Origin: an uncultured Acidobacterium sp. | Lineage (GTDB): Bacteria > Acidobacteriota > Vicinamibacteria > Vicinamibacterales > UBA2999 | DNA: 57,146 nt | Assembly (NCBI GenBank): GCA_964355095.1 | Contig: CAYHCX010000008.1 | Location: 7,320 to 64,465, forward strand | Direction of reading: 5' to 3' | Part shown: one piece after another, positions 42,733 through 52,665 of the stretch | How positions within the stretch are numbered: the stretch's first letter is position 1 | Layout: each line of letters starts with the position of its first letter | Position numbers and translations under genes: made by a program | The notes under the pieces: model-generated | What the model was told of the DNA's origin: nothing | Databases searched by the model: none | The model's input: only the letters and a program-made list of their open reading frames with translations

Positions 42733-44514
42733 CTACCGCGACAGGATCACGAACTCGACGCGGCGGTTGTGCAAGCGGTTCTTCTCGGTGTCGTTCGGCG
42801 CAATCGGCTGCGACTCGCCAAACCCTCGCGACTGCAGCCGGGCGCCGGCGATGCCGGCCTTGGCCAGGAAGGCCACGACCGCGGCGGCGCGGCCCTCCGA
42901 CAGCTTCAAGTTGAACGCGTCGTCATCCACCGTGTCGGTGTGCCCGCGAATCTCGATGCGCATGGTGGGCATGTCACCGAGCAGTGCGGCCAGGCGATCG
43001 AGTTCGGCGCGCGATTCCGGCAGCAACTCGGTCTTTGCGGTGTCGAAGAAGATGTTGTTCAGGCGGATGGGCACGCCGGTCGCGATCGGTATCAGCACGA
43101 GGTTGCGTTCGAACACCTGCTGATCCTTGGCCTGCCGCAAGTCGGTGCGATCGCTGATCGCGATGTAGCCGGACGCCGAGGCGCGGAAGCCGTAGTCTTC
43201 GCCAATCGGCAACGCGATCTGATACTTGCCGTCCTGCGGGTTGGCGCCGGCCTGGCCGGCAGGCAGCGTGTTTTTCAGAAACTCATACAGGATGGCAGCC
43301 GGCACCGGCTTGCCCGCCGGATCGGTGACCGTGCCGCGAACGAAGGCCACCGGCAGCGGCCGCATTTGTGCCGGCAACTCGAACTCGTAGAGGTCCTCCT
43401 TGCCGCGCTCGCCCAGCGACATGAATGCCATCCGGCCGGTGGCGTCCACGGCCAGGTTCATGTCCGCCTGTTTGGTGTTGATGTCGGCGCCGAGGTTCTG
43501 CGGCGCCGACCACTTGAGCCAGCTGTCGTCGAGCCGCCGCGACATCCAGATGTCGTTCTCACCAAGCCCGCCAGCGCGGCCGGAGGAGAAATACAGCGTC
43601 TGGTTGTCGGGCGCGAGCCAGGGCGAAATCTCTTCCTGCGGCGAATTGAGGGTGGCGACGTTGGCCGGCTTCGACCAGCGACCGTCGGCCTGGATCAATG
43701 AGATGAACAGGTCGCGGCTGCGGTTCTGGCTCTCGCTGTTGACGAGCGAGAGGATCAGCGCGCGGCCGTTGGGCGCGAGGAAGTAGTCGCTGCGGACACC
43801 GGCCTGGTGCGCGTAGCCGATCACCTTCAGGAGCTGCGGATCGCTCCACGCCGCGCCGCTGCGCCGGCTGAAGCCGATGACCTTGTTCTGGTCGTCGCGC
43901 GCCGGATCCGGAGCGACCAGCGGGGGCGGCGCCGCTTTCGAACCCGGTGCCGCCGCCTTGAGCACGTCCAGCAGGTTCACGTTCGGATCGATCCGCTTCG
44001 CGAAGTCGCCGAACGGATCGCCGGCCTTCCAGGTGCCGACCAGCAGCGTGTTGCCGTCCGGCAGCGCGGTCACCACGCCGGAGCTCGACACCTCGTTGTT
44101 GAGGGGAGCGGCTTGCCGCTGCGCCGGTCCCCAGGATCCATCCGACTGGCGCGTGGACTTGAACACCGTCTGCTTGACCGGCCCGGCCGTGGCGAGCCTG
44201 GGCGCGGCGGCTCGATTCTGCCTGATCACGTCCTCGAGCATCTTCCGCTGTTCGGGCGGCAGCTTTTCCAGCTGCGCCTCGAGCGTCTTGAGGTTGGCTT
44301 CGAGTTCGCTGGTGACGCGATCGCCCATCGCGGTGTCCGCACCTTCGCGGATGAACCACAGCGTCTGCCCGTCGGGGCTGATCACCGGCAGCAATTCGCG
44401 ATGGGTCGTGGTGTTGACGGTGGGGCCGAGCGGCCGTTTCTTGGCGGGCCCCTGCGCGTGGACCGGCGCGCACAGCGTTGCGAACAGGATGACGGCCGTC
44501 ACGAGCTTGAGCAT
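42733..44514 (-). CDS. PD40-repeat / OmpA C-terminal domain protein
   Basis: Signal peptide, PD40 repeats (SPWLAPDNQTLYFSS, W..PQNLG..INT), OmpA motifs GHTD, LSEGRA, NRRVEF. Confidence 0.9.
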   Translation of the reverse strand: MLKLVTAVILFATLCAPVHAQGPAKKRPLGPTVNTTTHRELLPVISPDGQTLWFIREGADTAMGDRVTSELEANLKTLEAQLEKLPPEQRKMLEDVIRQNRAAAPRLATAGPVKQTVFKSTRQSDGSWGPAQRQAAPLNNEVSSSGVVTALPDGNTLLVGTWKAGDPFGDFAKRIDPNVNLLDVLKAAAPGSKAAPPPLVAPDPARDDQNKVIGFSRRSGAAWSDPQLLKVIGYAHQAGVRSDYFLAPNGRALILSLVNSESQNRSRDLFISLIQADGRWSKPANVATLNSPQEEISPWLAPDNQTLYFSSGRAGGLGENDIWMSRRLDDSWLKWSAPQNLGADINTKQADMNLAVDATGRMAFMSLGERGKEDLYEFELPAQMRPLPVAFVRGTVTDPAGKPVPAAILYEFLKNTLPAGQAGANPQDGKYQIALPIGEDYGFRASASGYIAISDRTDLRQAKDQQVFERNLVLIPIATGVPIRLNNIFFDTAKTELLPESRAELDRLAALLGDMPTMRIEIRGHTDTVDDDAFNLKLSEGRAAAVVAFLAKAGIAGARLQSRGFGESQPIAPNDTEKNRLHNRRVEFVILSR

Positions 44515-44548
44515 GGCCCCAGTGTGGCACAGCCCCGCCAGCCGCCGT

Positions 44549-45715
44549 CTACTCGTCGCCGTCGTCTTCGCCGTCTTCGTCGTGGTGGGTTTCTTCGTCC
44601 CTCGACTCCGCTCGGGACGACCCTGAGCCTGTCGAAGGGTCGGCGATCGACACTCGCGCGAACACGGTCTCGCGGATCTCCGGCGGCGCCAGCTCGTAGG
44701 CAATCGCTTCGAGGTCGGCGGGAATCGGCGCCGTGAATTCCATGCGCTCCCCGGTTCGCGGATGCGTGATGACCAGCCGCTCGGCGTGCAGGAACGGGCG
44801 GGTCAGCCGCGTCACCGCCTTCAGCGGATGCGGCACGCGCCGGTGGACGCCGCCGTAGAGCGAATCACCGACGATAGGATGGCCGATGGCGCTGAGGTGG
44901 ACGCGAATCTGGTGCGTGCGGCCGGTCGCAATCACCACGCGCAGCAGCGTGACGCCCTGCAGGTCGCGCGACCAGGTCACGCGCGTGATGGCGTCCCGCG
45001 AGCGGCTGGCGCGCGTCGACATCTTGACGCGGTTCTTGGGGTCGCGGCCAATCCTGGCGTTGATGCGCTTGCGCTGCTGCACCAGCCCCCAGGCCAGCGC
45101 CACGTATTCCTTCTCGACCTCGCGGTCGTGGAACTGCCGCGTCAGCTCGCGGTGCGCGTCGTCATTCTTGGCCACCACCATCACGCCCGACGTGCCCTTG
45201 TCGAGCCGATGCACGATGCCCGGCCGGATCTCACCGCCGATGCCGCTCAGGTCCTTGACGTGGTGGAGCAGGGCATTGACCAGCGTGCCAGACGGATTGC
45301 CCGCCGCCGGATGCACGACCATGCCGGCCGGCTTGTTCACCACCACGATGTCGGCGTCGTCGAAGAGGATCTCGATGGGCAGGTTCTCGGCTTGCGCCGC
45401 CGATGGCGTCGGCTCGGGCAATGCCACCGCGATCACGTCGCCTTGGCGGATGTCGGAGTTGGCCTTGGCCTGCTGGTAACGCGAGTGGGTGACGTGGCCC
45501 TGTTCGATCAGCCGCTGGATCTGCGATCGCGAGTAGTCCGCGATCTCGCCGGCCAGGAACCGATCGAGCCGGTCGCCCTGGTTGTCGGCGTCAGCGGTGA
45601 ACTGCACGGACGGCAGCGCGGGCCGCGCGACGGCGGGCGGTGGTGGCGGCGCCGGCGCCGCCGCGTCACCGCGTTTGCGCCGGACCTTTGTTCCTGGTCC
45701 CTTGCCCTGGCTCAT
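44549..45715 (-). CDS. rluD: RluA/RluD family 23S rRNA pseudouridine synthase
   Basis: S4 domain RLD..SRSQIQ, NKPAGMVVHP, HRLDKGTSG, TGRTHQIRVH, GDSLYG. Confidence 0.93.
   Translation of the reverse strand: MSQGKGPGTKVRRKRGDAAAPAPPPPPAVARPALPSVQFTADADNQGDRLDRFLAGEIADYSRSQIQRLIEQGHVTHSRYQQAKANSDIRQGDVIAVALPEPTPSAAQAENLPIEILFDDADIVVVNKPAGMVVHPAAGNPSGTLVNALLHHVKDLSGIGGEIRPGIVHRLDKGTSGVMVVAKNDDAHRELTRQFHDREVEKEYVALAWGLVQQRKRINARIGRDPKNRVKMSTRASRSRDAITRVTWSRDLQGVTLLRVVIATGRTHQIRVHLSAIGHPIVGDSLYGGVHRRVPHPLKAVTRLTRPFLHAERLVITHPRTGERMEFTAPIPADLEAIAYELAPPEIRETVFARVSIADPSTGSGSSRAESRDEETHHDEDGEDDGDE
44597..44641. repeat. Paired CTGAGCCTGTCGAAG-family hairpins in the rluD 3' end
   Basis: gtccctcgactccgctcgggac followed by gaccctgagcctgtcgaagggtc. 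Confidence 0.7.
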
Positions 45716-46542
45716 GCAAACCGGGGTTTCCGGGGACCGCGCGCGGCATCCGCTGTTTCAGGTGCGGCCGGACGATTGGCGCGGCTCAGGTACCACAGCA
45801 TGACCAGGCTCAGCGGGGCCAGCACCACCGAGATGAACTGCGACGTCGACAGCATGTCGAACACCAGCCCGCGATCGTCGCCGCGGAAGAACTCGATGAT
45901 GAAGCGGAGCACCGAGTAGAGGAAGGCGAAGCTCCAGAACGTGCGGCCGGCGAACGAGCCCGGGCGCTTCTCGAGCGCGAGCAGCGCGATCAGGATCACC
46001 AGGCCGGCGGCCGACTCGTAGAGCTGCGTCGGGTGCAGCGCCACGTTGAGCGGCGTGCCGACGTTGAAGTTGGCGGCGGGGTCGGTGAAGGTGATGGCCC
46101 ATGCCACCTCGGTCGGCTTGCCGTAGCAGCAGCCGGCCATCAGGCAGCCGAGGCGGCCCACCATGTAGCCGAGCGCGATGCCGGGCGCGAACAGGTCGGC
46201 CGACGGCCAGAGCGCCAGCCGGTGCTTCCGCAACTGGTAGACGCAGACGACGATGGCGGCGATCAGGCCGCCGTAGAAGACGCCGCCCGATCGCAACAGC
46301 GTGGTGAACTCTTCCCAGCTGCTGGTGAAGTGCTGGAAGTCAACGATGAACAGCAGCGCCTTGGCGCCGACCAGGGCGGCGATGATCACCCAGATCAGCA
46401 GGTCCATGATCCGGTTGCCGTCGATGCCGGCGGCCCGCGCGCGCTTCACGGCCAGCCAGAGGCCGGCGAGATACGCGGCGGCCAGCAGCACACCGTAGGA
46501 GTAAATGGTGATCGGTCCAGCGTTAAACAGGATTGGATGCAC
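45712..46542 (-). CDS. lgt: Prolipoprotein diacylglyceryl transferase
   Basis: YSYG, GGVFYGG, GRLGC..GCCYG, HPTQLYE, RFIIEFFRGD. Confidence 0.95.
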   Translation of the reverse strand: MHPILFNAGPITIYSYGVLLAAAYLAGLWLAVKRARAAGIDGNRIMDLLIWVIIAALVGAKALLFIVDFQHFTSSWEEFTTLLRSGGVFYGGLIAAIVVCVYQLRKHRLALWPSADLFAPGIALGYMVGRLGCLMAGCCYGKPTEVAWAITFTDPAANFNVGTPLNVALHPTQLYESAAGLVILIALLALEKRPGSFAGRTFWSFAFLYSVLRFIIEFFRGDDRGLVFDMLSTSQFISVVLAPLSLVMLWYLSRANRPAAPETADAARGPRKPRFA

Positions 46543-47026
46543 GTCTTCCCAGCCCAAGAATATCGAGAATCATGAAGATCACGCCCACCGTGATGGCGGC
46601 ATCGGCCACGTTGAAGGCCCAGAAGTGCCACCCGTTCCAGTAAGCGTCCACGAAATCCAGAACGTAGCCGGCCGTTGCCCGGTCGATCAGGTTGCCGATG
46701 GCGCCGCCGAGCACGCCGGCAATGCCGATGCGGGCCAGCCGATCGGCCAGCGGCACGGTAGCAGCGTACCATGCGACGCCGCCCAGGGCGATGACGGCGA
46801 CCAGCGACAGCACCACCGTCTTCAGCGGAAAATCCACCGAGTTGAGCATGCCGAACGCCGCGCCGGTGTTGTGCACGCGGGTCAGGTCCACGTAGCCGGG
46901 GATGACGACCATGCTCTCGTGGAGCGCGAGCGCCGGCCGGACCAGGGCCTTGGTGATCTGATCGAGGATCACCACGGTCACCGCGACGTAGAGTTCCAGC
47001 CGTCGTGACGCCAGCACGCCTACCAA
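46523..47026 (-). CDS. lspA: Lipoprotein signal peptidase II (start uncertain)
   Basis: DQITK, NTGAAFG, GNLIDR, VLDF, FNVADAAI. Confidence 0.95.
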   Translation of the reverse strand: MVGVLASRRLELYVAVTVVILDQITKALVRPALALHESMVVIPGYVDLTRVHNTGAAFGMLNSVDFPLKTVVLSLVAVIALGGVAWYAATVPLADRLARIGIAGVLGGAIGNLIDRATAGYVLDFVDAYWNGWHFWAFNVADAAITVGVIFMILDILGLGRRASNPV

Positions 47027-47090
47027 TTCGCCACTACCTGACCACGAGCCGCGACAACGGAGCGGCGATCTGAGCGTTCGAAGCAGTTCA

Positions 47091-49928
47091 TTAAAGACTC
47101 ACCGGCTCGGCCAGGGCTTCGACGCAGCGCGGGCACAGGCCGGCGCGGTCGGGTTGCTGGCTCACGTCAGGAACGTAACGCCAGCAGCGCTCGCACTTCG
47201 CGCCCTCGGCCTTCACGACTTCAACTCGAAGGCCGCCGTCAGGCTTGGGGCTTGAGGCTTGGGGCTTGAGTTCGACCTCCGACACACCAAACAGAGTCGG
47301 CAGAAACTCTCGATAGCTCTCCAGCAGCGCCGCGGTCGCGCCGTCCTGCTCCACGATCACTCGTGCCGACAAGTTGGCCCCGATGGTCTTGTCTTTCCGC
47401 TTCTCTTCGAGCTGCAGGTTGACCTGGTCGCGGACGGCGGCCAGCGACGCCCACCGTTCGATCAGGCCGGCGTCCTTCCACTGCTCGAGGCCGGTGGGGA
47501 ACAGCGCCATGTGCACCGAGGCTTCACGGTCGCCCGGCAGCATCCGCCACAACTCGTCCATCGTCACCGACAGGATGGGCGCGAGCAGGCGGGCGAGGCC
47601 GTCGACGATGATGAACATCGCGGTCTGGCCCGAGCGGCGGGCGTCCGACCTGGCGCCGAAGGTGTACATCCGGTCCTTGGTCACGTCGACGTAGAACGCG
47701 CTCAGGTCCACGGCGATCAGGTGGCTGGCGACCTGGAAGATGCCGGGGTAGTCGTAATCCTCGTAGGCCTTGACGATCCGCTCGGCGGCGTCGGCGTACT
47801 TGGCCAGCGCCCAGCGGTCAATCTCCTGCATGCGCGCCTTCGGCACGACGTCGTCTTTTGGATCGAAGTCATAGAGGTTCGCCACCAGCACGCGGATGAC
47901 GTTGCGGATCTTGCGATACGCCTCCACCGTGCGGGCGAGGACCTCCTTGCCGATGCGGGTGTCTTCGCGGTAGTCGACCATCGACACCCACAGCCGCAGG
48001 ATCTCGGAGCCGGTCTGCTTGATGATGTCCTGGGGCGAGACGGTGTTGCCGAGCGACTTGGACATCTTGCGGCCCTGCTCGTCCATGACGAAGCCGTGCG
48101 TGAGCACCTGGTTGAAGGGCGCCCGCCCGCGCGTGCCGATGCCGACCAGCAGCGAGCTGTGGAACCAGCCGCGGTGCTGGTCGCTGCCTTCGAGGTAGAT
48201 GTCGGCCGGCCAGTGATGGTCGGCGCGGAAGGGCAGCACGGCCTCGTGGCTCGAGCCCGAGTCGAACCACACGTCGAGAATGTTGCCCTCGCGCTCGAAC
48301 TCGGTGCCGCCGCACTCGGTGCAGGCCATGCCGGCCGGCACGAATTCCTCGACCGGCCGTTCGTACCAGGCGTCGGCGCCGTAGACGTCGAACACCGCCG
48401 CGGCCTTGTCCACCAGCGCCTTGGTGAGCACCGGGTGGCCGCACTTGACGCAGTCCATGGCCGGGATCGGCACGCCCCACACGCGCTGGCGCGAGATGCA
48501 CCAGTCGGGCCGGTTGGCGATCATGCCCTCGATGCGGGCCTGGCCCCACGACGGGATCCAGCGGGTGTCGTTGATCGCCTTGAGCGCGCGCTCGCGCAGG
48601 TGATTGGCGTCCATGGCGATGAACCACTGCGCGGTGGCGAGGAAGATCACCGGGTTGTGGCACCGCCAGCAGTGCGGGTAGGAATGCTCGAAGTCCTCAC
48701 GCGACCAGAGAAAACCCCGCTCCTTGAGCGCGGCCTCCACCTTGGGGTTGGCGTCCCAGACCTTGAGCCCGGCAAACAACTCGACCGACTCGTTGTAGTG
48801 CCCGCCGGGGTCGAGCGGCGCGTAGATCTCGAGGCCGTACTTGACGCCGCTGTGATAGTCGTCGGCGCCGTGGCCGGGCGCGGTGTGCACCGCGCCGGTA
48901 CCGGCTTCGAGCGTGACGTAGTCGCCGAGCACGCCCAGCGAGTCGCGCGCGTACAGCGGATGACGGAACACCAGCCGTTCCATGGCCTTGCCTTCGAACG
49001 AGGCCAGCAGCGCCGTGAAGGCGCGGCCGGTCTTCTGGCTCACGCTTTCAGCCAGGCCCTTGGCGATGATCACCGCCTTGCCATCAATGTCGTACGCGCC
49101 GTACTCGAAGTCGGGATGGAACGCGATGCCGAGATTCGACGGGATGGTCCACGGCGTCGTCGTCCAGATGAGGACCGAAGCGGGGGCTGAAGCCCCCGCT
49201 CTCCCTGCAGGCGAAGCCCCCGCCCTCCATGAGGCCAGTGCCGGCACGCGCCGGGCCAGCTCGGCGTGGCTGTCGTCGCTGAGCGGGAACTCGACGTAGA
49301 TCGACGGCGAGGTGTGCGGCTCGTACTCGACCTCGGCCTCGGCCAGCGCGGTGCGGCAGTGCGTGCACCAGTGCACGGGCTTCTTGCCCTTGTAGACCAT
49401 GTCCTGCTCGACGAACTTGCCGAGCGCGCGGACGATCGCCGCCTGGTAGGTGAAGGTCATCGTCTTGTAGGGGTCGTTCCACAGGCCGATGACGCCGAGG
49501 CGCTTGAAGCCGGCCCGCTGGATGTCAAGGTACTTCTCGGCGTAGGCCCGGCAGGCGCGGCGGAAGTCGGCCGTGCTCATCTGCTTCTTCTTCGGCCCGA
49601 GCTCCCGGTCAACCTTCAGTTCGATCGGCAGGCCATGGCAGTCCCAGCCCGGCAGGTAGGGCGCGTCGAAGCCGAGCATGTTGTGCGACTTGACGACCAG
49701 GTCCTTGAGAATCTTGTTGAGCGCCGTGCCGATGTGAATCTCGCCGTTGGCGTAGGGCGGGCCGTCGTGCAGCAGGAACGATTTCGCGCCCTTGCGCGCC
49801 GCCCGAATCTGCCCGTACAAATCCATTTCGTCCCAGCGGGCGATGGTTTCCGGTTCGGTCGTCTGCAGGTTCGCCTTCATCGAGAAGGACGTCCGCGGCA
49901 GGTTGCAGGTCTCTTTCCAGTCGGACAT
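47091..49928 (-). CDS. ileS: Isoleucine--tRNA ligase (type 1)
   Basis: HDGPPYANG, HIGT, GWDCHGLPIE, WCISRQR, KMSKS and a C-terminal CERC..CPRC zinc finger. Confidence 0.97.
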   Translation of the reverse strand: MSDWKETCNLPRTSFSMKANLQTTEPETIARWDEMDLYGQIRAARKGAKSFLLHDGPPYANGEIHIGTALNKILKDLVVKSHNMLGFDAPYLPGWDCHGLPIELKVDRELGPKKKQMSTADFRRACRAYAEKYLDIQRAGFKRLGVIGLWNDPYKTMTFTYQAAIVRALGKFVEQDMVYKGKKPVHWCTHCRTALAEAEVEYEPHTSPSIYVEFPLSDDSHAELARRVPALASWRAGASPAGRAGASAPASVLIWTTTPWTIPSNLGIAFHPDFEYGAYDIDGKAVIIAKGLAESVSQKTGRAFTALLASFEGKAMERLVFRHPLYARDSLGVLGDYVTLEAGTGAVHTAPGHGADDYHSGVKYGLEIYAPLDPGGHYNESVELFAGLKVWDANPKVEAALKERGFLWSREDFEHSYPHCWRCHNPVIFLATAQWFIAMDANHLRERALKAINDTRWIPSWGQARIEGMIANRPDWCISRQRVWGVPIPAMDCVKCGHPVLTKALVDKAAAVFDVYGADAWYERPVEEFVPAGMACTECGGTEFEREGNILDVWFDSGSSHEAVLPFRADHHWPADIYLEGSDQHRGWFHSSLLVGIGTRGRAPFNQVLTHGFVMDEQGRKMSKSLGNTVSPQDIIKQTGSEILRLWVSMVDYREDTRIGKEVLARTVEAYRKIRNVIRVLVANLYDFDPKDDVVPKARMQEIDRWALAKYADAAERIVKAYEDYDYPGIFQVASHLIAVDLSAFYVDVTKDRMYTFGARSDARRSGQTAMFIIVDGLARLLAPILSVTMDELWRMLPGDREASVHMALFPTGLEQWKDAGLIERWASLAAVRDQVNLQLEEKRKDKTIGANLSARVIVEQDGATAALLESYREFLPTLFGVSEVELKPQASSPKPDGGLRVEVVKAEGAKCERCWRYVPDVSQQPDRAGLCPRCVEALAEPVSL

Positions 49929-49952
49929 GGGTATCTGTGTATTGTACTGTGA

Positions 49953-49985
49953 GGACTTGGGGCTTGAGACCTGGGGCTTGGGGGA
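49953..49985. repeat. GGCTTGG heptamer array
   Basis: Degenerate units in the divergent ileS/M16 gap; another array at 47242-47269 lies inside ileS. Confidence 0.7.
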
Positions 49986-49988
49986 GAC

Positions 49989-51281
49989 GTGACGGTTCGT
50001 GAAACGGTCCTGGATAACGGCTTGAAAGTCCTGGTGCAGGAGGTCCACACCGCCCCGCTGGCGTCGGTGTGGTGCTGGTATCGCGTCGGGTCCAAGGACG
50101 AAACCCCCGGCGTCACCGGCGTCTCGCATTGGGTCGAGCACATGAACTTCAAGGGGACCCGCAACATTCCCCGCGACCAGGTGAAGGGCATCATCGAGAA
50201 ATTCGGGGGGAGCTGGAACGGCTACACCTGGATCGACCAGACCACCTATCTGGAAACCGCCTCCAAGGACGCGCTGGATCGGATGCTGTTCATCGAGGCG
50301 GAGCGCATGGACGCGTGCCTTTACGACCCCGCCGACTGCGAGTCGGAGCGGACCGTGATCATTTCTGAGCTGCACGGCGGCGAGAACGACCCGGAGCAGC
50401 TGCTCGATACCGAGGTCACCGCCGCCGCCTTCAAGGTGCATCCGTACCATCACCCGACCATCGGCTGGCTGTCGGATCTGCAGACCATGACGCGCGACGA
50501 TCTCTACGGGCACTATCGCCGCTACTACGCGCCCTCCAACGCCACCATCGTCGTGGTCGGCGATGTCGATAGCGATGACGTGGTGAAGCGCGTGCAGGCG
50601 CAGTTTGGCGGCATTGCCCCGGGATCGCGCCCGGCCCGCGTCCGCCAGGTGGAGCCCGAGCAGCAGGCGGAACGGCGCGTGGTGCTGCGCAGGGAGGGCA
50701 CCACGGCTTACTGGAAAGCGGTGTTTCACGCCCCGGCGTTCGCCGACGAGGCGTTCTTCCCGCTGCTGGTGGCCGACGCCGTGCTCAACGGCGCCGCCGG
50801 GCTGAACATCTGGTCGATGGGCGGCGTGTCGCGGCCGCAGCGCAGCGCCCGGCTCTACCGCGCGCTCGTCGATGGCGGCCTCGCCTCCACCGTGGGCGGG
50901 GCCTTGATGCCGACCGAGCATCCCTACCTGTATGCGATCAACGCCAGCGTGGCGGAAGGCAAGTCGCTTGCGGCGGTGGAAGACGTGGTGCTCAAGGAAG
51001 TGGAGCGCCTGCAGCAGGGCGGCATCACGCCGGCGGAGTTCGCCAAGGTCAACGCCCAGTTGCGGGCGCGCTTCGTCTACGACGCCGACAGCGTGACCGA
51101 CATCGCGCACCAGTTGGGCTACTTCGAAACCATTGGGTCGTGGCGGGGCTATCACGAGCTGCGCGCCCGGCTGGAGGCCGTCACACCGGAGGCCGTGCAC
51201 GCCGCGGCGGTGAAGTACCTGTCGTCCGCAAATCGCACGATTGGCTGGTTCGAACCTGGTGTCGCAGACGTCTTACCTTGA
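49989..51281 (+). CDS. M16 family zinc protease, catalytic subunit
   Basis: LDNGL, VGSKDE..G.SHWVEHMNFKGT (HxxEH), HPYHHPTIG, YYAPSNA. Confidence 0.93.
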   Translation: MTVRETVLDNGLKVLVQEVHTAPLASVWCWYRVGSKDETPGVTGVSHWVEHMNFKGTRNIPRDQVKGIIEKFGGSWNGYTWIDQTTYLETASKDALDRMLFIEAERMDACLYDPADCESERTVIISELHGGENDPEQLLDTEVTAAAFKVHPYHHPTIGWLSDLQTMTRDDLYGHYRRYYAPSNATIVVVGDVDSDDVVKRVQAQFGGIAPGSRPARVRQVEPEQQAERRVVLRREGTTAYWKAVFHAPAFADEAFFPLLVADAVLNGAAGLNIWSMGGVSRPQRSARLYRALVDGGLASTVGGALMPTEHPYLYAINASVAEGKSLAAVEDVVLKEVERLQQGGITPAEFAKVNAQLRARFVYDADSVTDIAHQLGYFETIGSWRGYHELRARLEAVTPEAVHAAAVKYLSSANRTIGWFEPGVADVLP

Positions 51282-51297
51282 GGGGGTAAATTGTAGG

Positions 51298-51329
51298 CAG
51301 ATAAATTATACAACGGTATAATTTGTCTG
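51298..51329 (+). promoter_or_regulatory. AT-rich inverted repeat overlapping a TATAAT box
   Basis: CAGATAAATTATAC-aacg-GTATAATTTGTCTG (13/14 match); TATAAT ends 9 nt before the ATG. Confidence 0.65.
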
Positions 51330-51331
51330 TA

Positions 51332-52447
51332 ATGGCTCGGGCGCGATACCTGCGGGCACAGTTGCTGGCCGACCTCCGCGAGAAGATGGTGTTTCTCGCC
51401 GGTCCTCGCCAAGTGGGAAAAACCACGCTGGCGCGAAGCCTGCCTGGCGGCTCCGCCGGATACCTCAGCTGGGACGACCCCGAGGACCGCAGCCGCCTGC
51501 TCGCCCGCGAATTGCCGGCTTCGAAGCTATGGGTCTTCGACGAACTTCACAAATATCGCAAGTGGCGTGGCTACCTGAAGGGTTTGTACGACAAACGTTC
51601 GGCGTCACAGCGCCTGCTGGTCACCGGCAGCGGGCGGCTCGACTTCTACCGCCACGGCGGCGATTCGCTGCAGGGCAGATATCACTTGTTGCGCCTGCAT
51701 CCGTTCAGTGTGGCCGAGTTAGGGCTGACGACTCCTCGAGATTTCCAGGGCTTGCTCACCCTCGGAGGCTTCCCTGAACCGTTTCTCCGCGGATCCGAGG
51801 CGGCGGCCCGGCGCTGGTCGCGTGCCTACGGCAGCCGGCTGGTGCATGACGATGTGGCGTCACTGGAGCGCGTGCACGACCTTGGATCCCTGGAGTTGCT
51901 GGTACAGCGCCTGCCGCACCTCGTCGGGTCACCGCTTTCCATCAACGGTCTGCGGGAAGAGCTACAGGTCAACCACAAGACGATGGCGAATTGGCTCGAT
52001 GTGCTCGAACGGCTCTACGCGATCTTCCGGGTGCCGCCGCTTGGCGGGCCACGGATCCGCGCCATCAAGAAGGCCACCAAGCATTACCAGTGGGATTGGG
52101 CCCGGGTACCTGAGCCCGGGCCGCGGTTCGAAAACCTCGTGGCGTCGCACCTGCTCAAGTGGGTGCACTTCGAACAGGACACCAAGGGGCGGGACCTCGA
52201 GCTTCGTTACTTCCGCGACACCGATGGCCGCGAGGTTGACTTCGTCGTCGTCGAGGGCCGGTCGGTGGTGCTGATGGTGGAATGCAAGTCGGGTGACCGC
52301 GAGGTCGCACTACCGCTGCGGTACTTGAAGGGCAAGTATCCCGCGAGTGATGCCTGGCAGGTGTCGGCAGAGGGAACACGCGACTACCAAACGCCGGAAG
52401 GGATTCGCGTGGCGCCCGCTGGCCAGCTCCTTGCCGGCCTCAGGTAG
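51332..52447 (+). CDS. AAA_14-type ATPase with a C-terminal DUF4143 (PD-(D/E)xK-like) domain
   Basis: GPRQVGKTT, FDE, VTGSG, DSLQGR, GGFPE, FENLVA, EVDFV...VECK. Confidence 0.9.
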   Translation: MARARYLRAQLLADLREKMVFLAGPRQVGKTTLARSLPGGSAGYLSWDDPEDRSRLLARELPASKLWVFDELHKYRKWRGYLKGLYDKRSASQRLLVTGSGRLDFYRHGGDSLQGRYHLLRLHPFSVAELGLTTPRDFQGLLTLGGFPEPFLRGSEAAARRWSRAYGSRLVHDDVASLERVHDLGSLELLVQRLPHLVGSPLSINGLREELQVNHKTMANWLDVLERLYAIFRVPPLGGPRIRAIKKATKHYQWDWARVPEPGPRFENLVASHLLKWVHFEQDTKGRDLELRYFRDTDGREVDFVVVEGRSVVLMVECKSGDREVALPLRYLKGKYPASDAWQVSAEGTRDYQTPEGIRVAPAGQLLAGLR

Positions 52448-52455
52448 ACGGCGGA

Positions 52456-52665
52456 CTACCGCTTAAGGGCAGCCGTGGCGCGCGCCTCCTGTTCGAAGCG
52501 GGCGAGACGGTCAGTTTCTGTGGTGGCGCCCGCGGCGATCACCTTCAACGCGACCTCGCGCCCGAGCCGCGTATCCCGCGCGCGGTACACCTCTCCCATG
52601 CCTCCGGCGCCGATCGGCGCGAGGATTTCGTACGGGCCGAGGGGGGTGCCGGCGGTCAAGGGCAT
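52456..52665 (-). pseudogene. N-terminal fragment of a Hanks-type Ser/Thr protein kinase
   Basis: [34 protein letters not shown]...RFEQEARA, ending where HPNI is expected. Confidence 0.85.

Noticed and set aside
47091-51200. 1369-aa ORF suggesting an N-terminally extended IleRS
   Set aside because: The extension is the antisense shadow of the M16 gene; IleRS homology starts at 49928.
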